Positions 33,189 through 44,659 of a DNA stretch of 64,000 nucleotides are shown here, piece after piece. Location of the stretch: the NCBI GenBank assembly GCA_964199315.1, contig OZ116712.1, forward strand, positions 4,402,001 through 4,466,000, given 5' to 3'. Origin of the DNA: Orbicella franksi. Its lineage: Eukaryota. Position numbers and translations under genes: made by a program. Every line of letters begins with the position of its first letter. The first letter of the stretch is position 1. The notes under the pieces are model-generated. The model saw only the letters and a program-made list of their open reading frames with translations, was not told where the DNA came from and did no database searches.

Positions 33189-35399
33189 ATGGAGTCCCTT
33201 TTGAAAGACCTCAAGAAACATCTTGAATGCTCGATTTGTCTCGATACCTACAACCAACCCAAAACTATATCATGTCTACACACATTTTGCTGTCAGTGTT
33301 TGGAGAATCATGCAAGAGCCAGCCACAGACAAGGAAAGTTCCGTTGTCCACAGTGCCAAGCCCAAATCGATCTGCCCGAAGGAAATCGTTTCAAAAGTTT
33401 ACCGAGCAGTTTTTTCCACAACAGTTTGTTAAGTCTCCTTACCGTTCGACGGAGTGGCGATGGAAGTAACATGGCTTGTTCCCAATGTAGGAAAAACAAC
33501 TCTCTGATGTACTATTGCTTTGACTGTGGACGGTTTATGTGCCCAGACTGTTACAACGCACACGAAATGTTACGCGCATCGTTCGAAGGACACAAAGTCA
33601 CGCCAGTGAAGGAGTTTAAAGCAGAAGATTACGAAGCCTTGCTGAAGCGGCAACCATTTTGTTCACAGCAGTTCCACGAGAAAGAAATCACGAGATTCTT
33701 CTGTTTTTCGTGCCAAGCTTGTGTTTGCCAAATTTGCATAGTCACGGATCACCGAAATCACGACATCGTTTTACTCGACAAAGCAGCTCATGACGAGAAA
33801 CCCAACATCATGTCTGGCGCTGAAATGATCAACGAAAGGGTGAGCGAGCTTATTGAAGTGATTCGACAATTTGAAGAAACGGCTTCTAAGTTGGAAAACA
33901 ATGTCGCAACCGCTAAACGCGATGTCTCGCAAGCTGCTGGGCAGATGATCGAAGTGATTCGAGAGCGCGAACGTGAGGCGGTTATATTACTCGAGACAAC
34001 ACGCGTGACCAGACTCGAAAGAATTAACTCCGCCATCCAGCAAGTTCAGTCTCTGGTGAAACAAATGAAGCAAGCGGTTGAGTTTGCTAAAAATCTGACT
34101 GAAAGAAGCTCAAGCTCAGATATCATGAGTAACAAGGAAACTATGAAACAGCGATTTGAAGTGTTGCGTGAAATTGAAGTTCCAAAACATGACGAGACCT
34201 CATTCGTGACATTTACCGCTGCTTTTGCAAAGGACTTGAAATTAGGTTTTATTGAGACAATCCCAAAGGTCGCAGACGCAAGTCGATCAACGCTTGAAGG
34301 ACTGATGCAAGCTCTTCAGGCTGGTGTAGAAGCAAAGTTTACGTTATGCCTCACAACTTCTGAAGGGAAGATGAGTGACCAGCCTGATCTGAAAGATCAA
34401 GTTGACGTCCTGATTAAACCTGTTAAAGATGTTACAAATGTGACTGTTGTTGAGAAAGAGGACGATAATCTTCAGCTGAAATTTACTCCCAAAGTACCGG
34501 GCGCCTACAGCATTGAAGTGAAGATCAATGGCGATAAACTTCCAACCTGTCCTTTTACAGTGCAGGTGAAAGAACGCGAGCTTGATGTCGTTGGCGAGTT
34601 GGACTTAAAATTCTTTCCAGGAGACGAACCCGAATGGCTGCATGGAATCGCTGTTAACACAGAAGGCAAGATAGTTGTGACAGATGCCAATGGTCACTGT
34701 GTTTATGTATTCGATAGAGATGGCAACTGTTTAAGGAAAATTGGTTGCGAAGGAGAAAATCCTGGACAATTTAGCTACCCTGTGGGCGTTTCCTATGTAA
34801 ACAACAGTGAGATTCTAATTGCAGATCAATGTAATAATAGAATACAACACATAAATATTCAGACAGGAACTGTTGTGAAAAGCTTTGGAAAATGTGGTGC
34901 AGGAAAAGGAGAGTTTAAGAATCCGCTTGGCGTTTGTTTAGATGATGAAGGACGCATTGTTGTAACCGAGTGGGACAATCATAGGATACAAGTGTTGTCA
35001 CAGGAAGGAGAAACTATTTCCATACTTGGAGACAGAGGCCCAGAGAAACTCAAGAATCCATCAAGCTGCATTCCTTACAAAAACCTGTTTCTCATAGCTG
35101 ATGACGGCAATGACTGCATTAAGGTTTTCGATCAGTCAGGAACTTTCCTGTACAAGTTTGGAAAACAAGGGAGTCAAGATGGACAATTTGACTGGCCGTA
35201 TGGTATGCTTCTAGACAGCTCCAATAATCTTCTTGTATGTGATGAGAAGAATAACCGAGTTCAGCAGTTTTCTTTAGACGGTCGCTTCACAGGCAAAACT
35301 ATCACTGATTTACCAAGTCCTGCTGGAATAGCAACAGCATCAGATGGACGTATTCTCGTGACTAGCTCTGAAGCTAACAAACTATACACATTGAAGTAG
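33189..35399 (+). CDS. TRIM-NHL copy 5, 736 aa, intronless
   Basis: Complete ORF. It shares a one-codon insertion (KVADAS) with copy 8. Confidence 0.95.
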   Translation: MESLLKDLKKHLECSICLDTYNQPKTISCLHTFCCQCLENHARASHRQGKFRCPQCQAQIDLPEGNRFKSLPSSFFHNSLLSLLTVRRSGDGSNMACSQCRKNNSLMYYCFDCGRFMCPDCYNAHEMLRASFEGHKVTPVKEFKAEDYEALLKRQPFCSQQFHEKEITRFFCFSCQACVCQICIVTDHRNHDIVLLDKAAHDEKPNIMSGAEMINERVSELIEVIRQFEETASKLENNVATAKRDVSQAAGQMIEVIREREREAVILLETTRVTRLERINSAIQQVQSLVKQMKQAVEFAKNLTERSSSSDIMSNKETMKQRFEVLREIEVPKHDETSFVTFTAAFAKDLKLGFIETIPKVADASRSTLEGLMQALQAGVEAKFTLCLTTSEGKMSDQPDLKDQVDVLIKPVKDVTNVTVVEKEDDNLQLKFTPKVPGAYSIEVKINGDKLPTCPFTVQVKERELDVVGELDLKFFPGDEPEWLHGIAVNTEGKIVVTDANGHCVYVFDRDGNCLRKIGCEGENPGQFSYPVGVSYVNNSEILIADQCNNRIQHINIQTGTVVKSFGKCGAGKGEFKNPLGVCLDDEGRIVVTEWDNHRIQVLSQEGETISILGDRGPEKLKNPSSCIPYKNLFLIADDGNDCIKVFDQSGTFLYKFGKQGSQDGQFDWPYGMLLDSSNNLLVCDEKNNRVQQFSLDGRFTGKTITDLPSPAGIATASDGRILVTSSEANKLYTLK

Positions 35400-37127
35400 T
35401 TGTTTCAATAATCAGTAGTTTTCAGTTTGTACCGATACTGTGTTGAAATGCACGGTCTTTATGACGTCATGTTTATATAGTGTTACGTCCAATTTAGGAC
35501 TTTAGCTAATCTAGTCAAGTATTATGATGTAACGAATTAACATTGTAAAGTCGAAACCATTAAGTAAGCGTGTGGGACAAGCGGGTCTAAAAGATTTTTC
35601 GTTTTCAGTGAAGTGTCAAAGAAACTGTATACTTTTCTAATAGTCGAGGAAGTTTGTGAGCAGTAATTGAGGTTAATACTGTTTTCAGATACTGATTTGT
35701 TTTATAAAGATTGATTTTCACTACGACATAAGCAGAAGCATAAACATAATGGTAGGGAGGACGTCCACAACACAAGCATAAGCTCGTAAGCATGCGCAGA
35801 AAGGATAATTAGCTTATTTTCGATTCCATACCTCCTCGGTACAGTAAAACAAGATGGCGGACTTTTGATTATACTCATCCTTACAGCAGTGCGTTCTCAC
35901 TTCACAGAAGCATAAACACATAAAGGACAAAAGTTTTTGTTCTGCTTGTGCTTGTGTTGTGCGTGTCCCCACTTCCGTTGTGCTTGTGCTTGTTCTTATG
36001 TCGTAGTGAAAACCACGCTTAACAGGTTGTTTTTTTGTACATGTCAGCTTTGTTTTTGTAAGAACTGTTTAAAATAAGAAGGTTAACCCCTTAAATTAGC
36101 CGCCAAATTCTAAGAACATTGCGTACTAAGAACACACTCCAGGGTAATAGTGATTAGAAGAAGATTGTCATTTTCATGACTTTTTGAAAAAGCCCTATGA
36201 GGTCTGGTAAAATATAACACTAAAATTTAAATTACGTAAAATGATGCTGCAATAACTAAGTGCCGTTTAGGGAGATATTTGAACAAAAACCATAAGCTTG
36301 ACTCATTACATGGTTCACTGTAAAACAAGTTGGTAGTATTTTTTTTAGAACTATTGGAAATTTTAACATAAACTTCTAAAAACGTAAACAATTGGACACG
36401 GTATAACTTGTAAATCTGTTTGTAATGTTATGTAATTAGGATGTAAACGTAAAGCTAAGAACGTTCAGTCGCATGCAGTCTGAAATTTAGCGAAATTTGT
36501 GACCAAATTCATTGTTCGTTTGTGAGATAGCCGCCCTTGTCGAAAGAAAAATTCGCAATGTTGTCTCTCGGGAAGGGCGGGTGTAACACAGGCAAAATAA
36601 ATTTTTTGCAAATGTTAATGTCGTTGTAGAATGTTTATAGTGGTCGATGCGCTTAGCTACAGCTACCAAGTTCTCAGGCATGCCACTTTTAAAACTGAAA
36701 AAAAGACCATGTCAAAATATGCAAATTTGCAGCTTTAAACAGAGCTAACCATCCAGAGTGTTGTCATTGTTCTGCTTTCAGCTGAACTTAGTGCCAATTT
36801 GAATAAAATTTTGGGCTACCAAAATATTTTCCTGTAGTTTTGTCCTCATTTGAAGTTCGCAAAGTTGTGGGTGTGGTAGAATACATGTACGTGAAATTGC
36901 TTTCAATTTGCTTATTCCAGGTTGCATTTAATATGAGCTATAAGAATTTTTTATGATATCTCTCTGTTACTAAGTACGCTGTGATTGGTCAATTTAGTGG
37001 GGCCTACTCTACTGTGCGACTGGAATGGAGTGGTCCGCCAGTCACCGGGTCAAGAGTATATGTGCGCAAGACCGTGCGTAAGTGTTCATGGTATTGCCTG
37101 CGGGCAACAGAGAATCTTCTGTGTTAA

Positions 37128-38914
37128 AGTGCACCTAACCCCAAAAATGTTTTTTTCGCTAGAACGAATCTACTTATTATTTGAAATAGTTCTGCGAAAA
37201 AATTTTTTGAATTCCGTTAAATCCTCGATTTTCTGTGCCACGACGAAATCTCGAAAATAGCTCCAAAACACCGCCATTTTGTTTCACGACCGAGTTTGAG
37301 GAGAATGGGTCCAGCGGCTCTTGTGACGTCTACCCAGGAAGGTTGGATATCTCATTTCCTCTCATTTCCTTCAGGATGGTGCAATACACATTCGAAAAGT
37401 GCGCAGAAACGCCTTCCAGAGGTGCTATCGGCTGTTGCAGCAATATTCCAGATTTAAAGAAAGATATACTGTACAATTTACTGACGATGATCGGCTAATG
37501 GTGCAATAAAGACGTAAACGATGGTTGATTTTGTCGAACCGAAACAAGCGAACTGAATCTGTGAGAACCATTGAAGAACTCTCACTGGAATTTGTTCCGC
37601 AGACTTTCGAGCGCTATTTTCATAAATTTTCGGCTTAAAGCTAACCAGAAATTTGTAGAAATACTACCTACAACCTATATCTTCCAATCCCGCAGTATTT
37701 ATAACATAACCGGCAAAGTTGTGTGATCCGGTCATGATCAAGAAGCGTTATACTGATATGTAAATAGATCGCAACTGTACGCCGCTAACCAACACTTATT
37801 TCTCTTTCGATTTAGATGAAAGTCGAAGATTAATCCTCTAGAATTACATGATAACAAAATTGTTAGACTCACAGAGTTTTTCGAAGGTTTGGAAATCAGC
37901 AGTGCGACAAAGATTCTGTGCAATAGCGTCGAAAATATGACCGCGTAACATTATCTGCGGACCGCTTAGGGAACACATCCTTTTCGCTTATCCGACGAAT
38001 TTCACTGCAAACTTTGAGAACAATTTACATTGGTTATTTGGAGTTACGATTTAAAACGTGTGACAATGTGAAATCGGTAATTGTATGAAATGTTTCCTTC
38101 CGCCTTGCTTCCCGCAGCTTCAAAAATACAGGTCCAAACAATACGATTTTCAATCGATCGAAGCCAATGTTTTGGAGGTCATCAAGTCTCGAAAACTGCA
38201 ACACGTACGTCGCTCTTATAAACATGAAGCATTCAACTGAAAGTAAAGCACAAACTGGATTTAACAGAACCTTGACAAAATACATTCTCGGTAAGGACAA
38301 ATGTAAACGGGCTATAAACACGCGTGGGAATCTTATGTTTAGTTGACGAAATTACCATCCAAAGCAGTCCTTGAGTTTTCTTTCCTGCTTTTCGTTTGCC
38401 TGCTCCTCCACTTCGTATCTAGCTTTCCATTCCTAATATACAAGCAGCTCGTCCGCAAAGACGTCTTCCCCGTCGTCGCTTGAAATGTTGTAAATTGCTC
38501 TCAAAGCTCTAAGCAGTGAGTTCACAGTTGTCGAACGTGCTCGATCGAAGTTTATTTCGGAGCCTTCCGAATCGAAACTTAACTCTGACTCCAGTGACGA
38601 AAAAGAAATGATTCTGAGACAAAACTTGGACGTTTTAGTCCCAAAATACATCGGAACGATTAGTTTTGCGTTCTATTTTCTCGAGCAAATACAGAGAGTT
38701 GACTGAGGCGCTATTGTGTTTGGTTCCTGGGTAGACGTCATCAGGTACCGCCGCCCCAGACTCCCTAAAACGCGGTCGTGAAACACTTAATCGCGACTTT
38801 AAAAGGGCATAGAAAATCGAGGATTCAACCAAATTCAAAAGTTTCTTCGCCCAAATGCTTCAAATAAAGTCTAGATTTGTTTTAGCGAAAAAAAACTTGG
38901 GGGTTAGGTGCACT
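37128..38914. mobile_element. Kolobok-like non-autonomous DNA transposon, 1787 bp
   Basis: TTAA|agtgcacctaacccc...ggggttaggtgcact|TTAA. A TTAA TSD with purine-purine termini is the Kolobok signature. The empty site (gtgttaaggaaaaacg) is at ~6965-6980. Confidence 0.85.
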
Positions 38915-40325
38915 TTAAGGAAAAACGTTAACGTAGCATTGTGCTGGTTTGAATATAACCCAGCCAAATTGGTTTCTAGAGTAAACTTCTGTCCTGTCAG
39001 CTAAATTGGCGATTTAAAATTCGCCGCAATGGAGAACTTTAAAGTGTCTAATGTTTTTCTCTGTTTTCTTTTCAGGTAACAAAGGTTTCCAATCTTATTT
39101 TACGTTTCGCGCACTACTTCGTTACTGATGTGTGAAACAGGTTCGTTAGGTCTGAAGTCAGTATTACGCGTTGTCCCTCCAGACCAGTGGCATTGATATG
39201 CATATATGGAAAATCTGTAACCCAATGTGTGTCACGTTTAAACAAACAAACAAACAAACGAACCAACAAACTAGCAAACAAACCTTCCATGCCGGCTCCC
39301 TTTGATAAAGAAGAAAAGAAATGTAAAAGCCCATTAAGAAAATATTGCTCTGGAACCTCTATTTTCATACACCGTTTGAAAGACTCTGTTGTTGCTTATC
39401 TATTGTTTTGAGAACTAATTAGCTTCTGTTTAGATCGCAATGAATGTTATAGGTTGTTATACTGAGCCGCGCAAGGTCCATCTTTACATCAGTATTTGGA
39501 AAGGAAAAATACATCTTTTTTGTTTCATAAGAATCAGTGTTTTATAAGAATATTGAGGCTAAAATTCGCAACATTTTAAGAATGAGTTTAGAATGCTAAT
39601 ACAGAGACTTTCTTTAGAACAATTTTTTTTGTTTTTGATGGAAAATAAAATACAACAAAATACATGGTGTTTTTAATGATATTCATCTATTACTACGTGC
39701 GCTGTGATTGGTCAATTTAGTCCGTTAAACAATAAGAATATTCTGCCTGGGCATGAAAAATGTGAATTCTTAACTCTTACAAAGAATAAATAAATAAAAG
39801 AGTGCATTTGTTCCCCTTTCTTTACCTCGACCCTGGCCTCGTTTCTCCTTACTCTCCCCCCCCCCCCTCCCCCCGCCATTTTTTTACAATTAAGAAAAGT
39901 GTGGTCGATAGGTAATTCGTGTACTTTTTCCTTCTTCGCAAAAAGAAAATTACGAAACGTTTTTTCAAAAACTTGGTTTATTAATACATATGTACTAGAC
40001 TAGGCGAATGATTTGTGTGTAACTACTTCCTGGGTATGAAAAATATCTGTTCTTACAAAAAAGAGTGTTCATCCTTTCTAAGTTTTTTGACAATCTCTGA
40101 CAATCCCTAACGGTATGTTTTACTTTGTAGTGGTGCCCATATTCATCCGTTCAAGCCGATATAAATGTTGGCTGGCAAGGAGCGGGATATTGGCTTGGGA
40201 AAATACAATGACTCATTTCGCTGTATGGGGCAACCCGCGCCGAACATTCAGGCCGATAAATATTAGCTTGCGAAAGCGTACCAGCCCCTGTGCAGCCTGC
40301 ACTAACCACAAGCCAAGTCTTGATA

Positions 40326-41960
40326 CAGTGGAACCTCGATTTAACGAAGTCGCTGGGGACCGGCCAAATTTGTTCGTTAAATCGAGGGTTCGTTATATCG
40401 AAAACCTCGATATAATGAATTTAAGGGGAAACGACCAAAATGTTCGTTATATCGAGGTCATAGTTAATGATTGATTTATAACACAGGTGACTTCTGTCAC
40501 GTATTTCAATGCAATTTTCGTCACCCAGAAGTGTCGCGTTTTGAGATGCAATTCATGGTGCATGGTTCATGCATGGTGGCTTTCAGTATCAAATATTTTC
40601 ACTTTTGAGCAGGCGCGCAGCTTTTTTTTACAAACGAACGACACTTTCAGAGTAGCGATTTAAAAATGTTGCAACATAGAGGTTATGCAGAAAATTGTCT
40701 ATGTAAACAAGGAAACATTGTAATTCGTTATATCGAGGTAGATTTTACGTTTGGGCTTCCGGATTATGTTCGTTATATCGCGTAGGGGCCAAACCACCCC
40801 CCTAATGTTTCATGAAGGCTATATTGGCTTGGTTATATATTTCTGAACCAAGTTTGGCAGATGAGTTTTCTTTATTCTCCAGTTTATTTTAATTTAGAAG
40901 TTGTGACAAAACGTCAGATTATGACGTCACAATTGATGACGTCACCAAAACGTGCTATAATTTTTTGTAAAATCTGATGTAAAGATTATGTCATTGGAAA
41001 GGCCTTGACTTGAGGAGTAAAATGGCGAAAACCGTTTTTTGCTATGATGATTATTTTTTGAGATATGGTAAGTTAAATATTTTTTTGCTGTCCCCCCCCG
41101 GAATTTGCTTAACCATACTGTCGTTCTTAAGTCAGTCTCTCTGGTTTATTTTTTTCAGTTTTTTTCTAGGAAGGCTAATAATCTAGAAAAATAGAAAGCT
41201 TGATGTTGTCAAAAATCGTATGGTTTTAGAAATTTGATCTTGGGCTTTGTTAGGATGGTATTAACAGTAAAAAAATGGGTGACGTCACAGGTTATGACGT
41301 AACAAAACTAATTTTAACGCAATAACACTAGAGGGATAAATTTTTATTCCGATTTTCTTCTTTATTTTTGCTTTAGTCATCTGGCACATCACATGTGCAA
41401 CATAACTGCATTTGCTGGAACAACATTACGGCTCCAATTTGGGGATTTTTCTCAAGGGGGGGACCCCATATTTTGCAGAGTTATTTTTCATATTTAAAAA
41501 TGCCATATTTCATTTAATTTTTGTGATATGGACAAAAATTTTTCAGGTTTTGGCTCCCCTTGATGTGCTCTTTCCAACACATTTTAAAAAATATGCATTT
41601 TAAAAACTTCAAAAGTGACAAGAAACATGACGTCATCGCTGTGACGTCACAACTTTGACATTTACTGACATTTTTCACGTAAATATAATTGGCAATAGGT
41701 CTCCTGCTCATCTGCCAAGTTTGATGTAGAAAGAGTCAATACTTTTTAAGTAATGCGAAATAATGTGAAATATCCAAGAACTGACGAAACATTTGGGGGG
41801 TGGTTTGGCCCCTACATGTCGAAGAATTCGTTATATAGAGGTTCGTTACATCGAGGTTCTATTCCATACATTTTACAGTAACTTTGGCCGGGACATAGAA
41901 TATCGTTCGTTATATCGAGGACTTCGTTAAATAGAGGTTCGTTAAATCGAGGTTCCACTG
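40326..41960. mobile_element. Tc1/mariner (Tigger-like) MITE, ~600 bp, interrupted by a nested element
   Basis: TA|cagtggaacctcgatttaacgaa...ttcgttaaatcgaggttccactg|TA with many ttcgttatatcgagg repeats. Empty sites (cttgatatgttaac) are upstream of copies 2 and 9. Confidence 0.9.
40783..41814. mobile_element. 1032-bp nested non-autonomous DNA transposon with TAGGGGCCAAACCACCCC TIRs
   Basis: taggggccaaaccacccccctaatgtttc...gaaacatttggggggtggtttggccccta. The flanks tatatcgcg and catgtcgaa may be a degraded 9-bp TSD. Confidence 0.8.
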
Positions 41961-42327
41961 TATGTTAACTTGCGTGAGCATATATAGTAACTTCCGTTAT
42001 CGACACCTGAATAATAACTTTTTAAAGCTTAAACGAAATTAAGAAGCTGGATTTTAGCGATGAATGCAAACAAACATGAAATTAAGCATAGCGTGTTAAG
42101 CGAAGCTAACACGAAAGGAGGCATAAAATCCACTCGAAAACCCAACTAAAGCCCAATCTTCCCATCTATCGGATCTAAACAAGTGCCCAGTCAATTAGTA
42201 GAATTGACTGCGATCACTTGACTCTCGTAAACCGACAAACTTCTGATTAGCTGCCAACTTGTTGTGCGCTTCGCGCACACAACAAACTCTAGCGCGATTT
42301 GCATTTAACCTAGACATAACTATTTTT

Positions 42328-42372
42328 GTGACATTTGATTAGCTCCAAACAGACAGTTATGACGTTAATTAT
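42328..42372 (+). promoter_or_regulatory. Proximal promoter block of copy 6 (CCAAT box mutated ATTGG to ATTAG)
   Basis: gtgacatttgattagctccaaacagacagttatgacgttaatta. Confidence 0.5.
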
Positions 42373-42451
42373 TTCGCTTTTCTCGAAAACTAAAGTAAAA
42401 CCTTGCGGCAGGTGTGTTTCGCAAGCTTCCCTAAACAGGCGACGCCTAGCG

Positions 42452-44659
42452 ATGGAGTCCCTTTTGAAAGACCTCAAGAAACATCTTGAATGTTCCATTT
42501 GTCTCGATACCTTCAACGAACCCAAAACTTTATCATGTCTACACACGTTTTGCTGTCAGTGTTTGGAGAATCATGCAAGAGCCAGCCACAAACAAGGAAA
42601 GTTCCGTTGTCCACAGTGCCAAGCGCAAATCGATCTACCCGAAGGAAATCGTTTCCAAAGTTTACCGAGCAGTTTTTTCCACAACAGTTTGTTGAGTCTC
42701 CTTGCCGTTCGTCGGGGTGGCGATGGAAGTAACATGGCTTGTTCCCAATGTAAGAAAAACAACTCTCAGATGTACTATTGCTTTGACTGTGGACGGTTTA
42801 TGTGCCCAGACTGTTACAACGCACACGAAATGCTGCGTGAGTTGTTTGAAGGACATAAAGTTACGTCAGTGAAGGAGTTTAAAGCAGAAGATTACGAAGC
42901 CTTGCTGAAGCGACAACCATTTTGTTCACAGCAGTTCCACGAGAGAGAAATCACGAGATTCTTCTGTTTTTCGTGCCAAGCTTGTGTTTGCCAAATTTGC
43001 ATAGTCACGGATCACAGAAATCACGACATCGTTTTACTCGACAAAACAGCTCATGACGAGAAACCCAACATCATGTCTGGCGCTGAAATGATCAACGAAA
43101 GGGTGAACGAGCTTATTGAAGTGATTCGGCAATTTGAAGAAACGGCTTCTAAGTTGGAAAACAATATCGCAACCGCTAAACGCGAAGTCTCGCAAGCTGC
43201 TGGGCAGATGATCGAAGTGATTCGAGAGCGCGAGCGTGATGCGATTTTATCACTCGAGACAACACGCGTGACGAGACTCGAGACAATTAACTCCGCCATC
43301 CAGGAAGCTCAGTCTCTGCTCAAACAAATGAAGCAAGCGGTTGAGTTTGCTAAAAATCTGACAGAAAGAAGCTCAAGCTCGGATATCATGAGGAACAAGG
43401 AAACTTTGAAACAGCGATTTGAAGTGTTGCGTGAAATTGAAGTTCCAAAACATGATGAGACCTCATTTGTCAAATTTACCGCTGCTTCTACAAAGAACTT
43501 GAAATTAGGTTCTATTGAGACAATCCCAAAGGCAGACGCAAAGCGATCAACGCTTGAAGGACTAAAGCAAACTCTTCAGGCTGGTGTAGAAGCAGTGTTT
43601 ACGTTATACCCCCAAACATCTGAAGGGACGATGATTAAGCAGCCTGACCTGAAAGATCACATTGAAGTTCTGATTGAACCCGCCAAAGATGTTACAAATG
43701 TGACTCTTAGTGAGAAAGAGGACGGTAATGTTCAGCTGAAATTTACTCCAAAAGTACCGGGCGACTACAGTATTGAAATGAAGATCAATGGCGATAGGCT
43801 TCCAACCTGTCCTTTCACAGTGCAAGTGAAAGAACGTGAACTCGTTGTCGTTGGCGAGTTGGACTTAAAATTCTTTCTAGGAGATGAACCCGAATGGCTG
43901 TATGGAATCGCTGTTAATTCAGAAGGCAAGATAGTTGTGACAGATGACTCTGGTGACTGTGTGTACGAGTTCGACAGAGATGGTAACTGTTTAACGAAAC
44001 GTGGTAGCGAAGGAGCAAATCCCGGACAATTTAGCTATGCGTCTGGCGTTTCCTATGTAAACAAGAACGAGATTCTAATTGCAGATCAAGGGAATCATAG
44101 AATACAACACATAAATATTCAGACAGGAACTGTTGTTAAAAGCTTTGGAAAACATGGCTTAGGAAAAGGAGAGTTTAAGGATCCAGTTGATGTTTGTTTA
44201 GATGATGAAGGACGCATTGTTGTAACCGAGTCCGGCAATCATAGGATACAAGTGTTGTCACAGAAAGGAAAAACTATTTCCATATTTGGAGACAGAGGCT
44301 CAGAGAAACTCAACAAACCAACAAGCTGCATTCCTTACAAAAACATGTTTCTCGTATCTGGCAGAGGCAATAACTGTATTAAGGTTTTCGATCAGTCAGG
44401 AACTTTCTTGTACAAGTTTGGAAAAGAAGGAAATCAAGATGGACAATTTGACTGTCCGGATGGTATGCTTCTAGACAGCTCCAATAATCTTCTTGTATGT
44501 GATAGTGACAATGACCGAGTTCAGCAGTTTTCTTTAGACGGTCACTTCACAGGCAAAACTATCGCTCATTTACCACGTCCTTCTGGAATAGCAACAGCGC
44601 CAGATGGACGTATTCTCGTGACTAGCTTTGAAGCTAACAAACTATACATATTGAAGTAG
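42452..44659 (+). CDS. TRIM-NHL copy 6, 735 aa, chimera (copy-2-type 5' end, copy-3-type 3' part)
   Basis: Complete ORF from the ATG at 42452. The 5' flank and RING match copy 2; the C-terminus and 3' flank are near-identical to copy 3. Confidence 0.95.
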   Translation: MESLLKDLKKHLECSICLDTFNEPKTLSCLHTFCCQCLENHARASHKQGKFRCPQCQAQIDLPEGNRFQSLPSSFFHNSLLSLLAVRRGGDGSNMACSQCKKNNSQMYYCFDCGRFMCPDCYNAHEMLRELFEGHKVTSVKEFKAEDYEALLKRQPFCSQQFHEREITRFFCFSCQACVCQICIVTDHRNHDIVLLDKTAHDEKPNIMSGAEMINERVNELIEVIRQFEETASKLENNIATAKREVSQAAGQMIEVIRERERDAILSLETTRVTRLETINSAIQEAQSLLKQMKQAVEFAKNLTERSSSSDIMRNKETLKQRFEVLREIEVPKHDETSFVKFTAASTKNLKLGSIETIPKADAKRSTLEGLKQTLQAGVEAVFTLYPQTSEGTMIKQPDLKDHIEVLIEPAKDVTNVTLSEKEDGNVQLKFTPKVPGDYSIEMKINGDRLPTCPFTVQVKERELVVVGELDLKFFLGDEPEWLYGIAVNSEGKIVVTDDSGDCVYEFDRDGNCLTKRGSEGANPGQFSYASGVSYVNKNEILIADQGNHRIQHINIQTGTVVKSFGKHGLGKGEFKDPVDVCLDDEGRIVVTESGNHRIQVLSQKGKTISIFGDRGSEKLNKPTSCIPYKNMFLVSGRGNNCIKVFDQSGTFLYKFGKEGNQDGQFDCPDGMLLDSSNNLLVCDSDNDRVQQFSLDGHFTGKTIAHLPRPSGIATAPDGRILVTSFEANKLYILK

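Larger units (their letters stand above)
20975..42920 (+). repeat. Copy 1 of a ~21-22-kb tandem segmental duplication (approximate ends)
   Basis: Intergenics 3-4, 4-5 and 5-6 match intergenics 6-7, 7-8 and 8-9 in the same order. Offsets are about 20.4-22.6 kb. Confidence 0.8.

Noticed and set aside
33189-35399. Assigning the gene symbol TRIM71, TRIM2 or TRIM3
   Set aside because: The architecture is similar but orthology cannot be shown. These look like lineage-specific paralogs lacking the LIN-41 RNA-binding residues.
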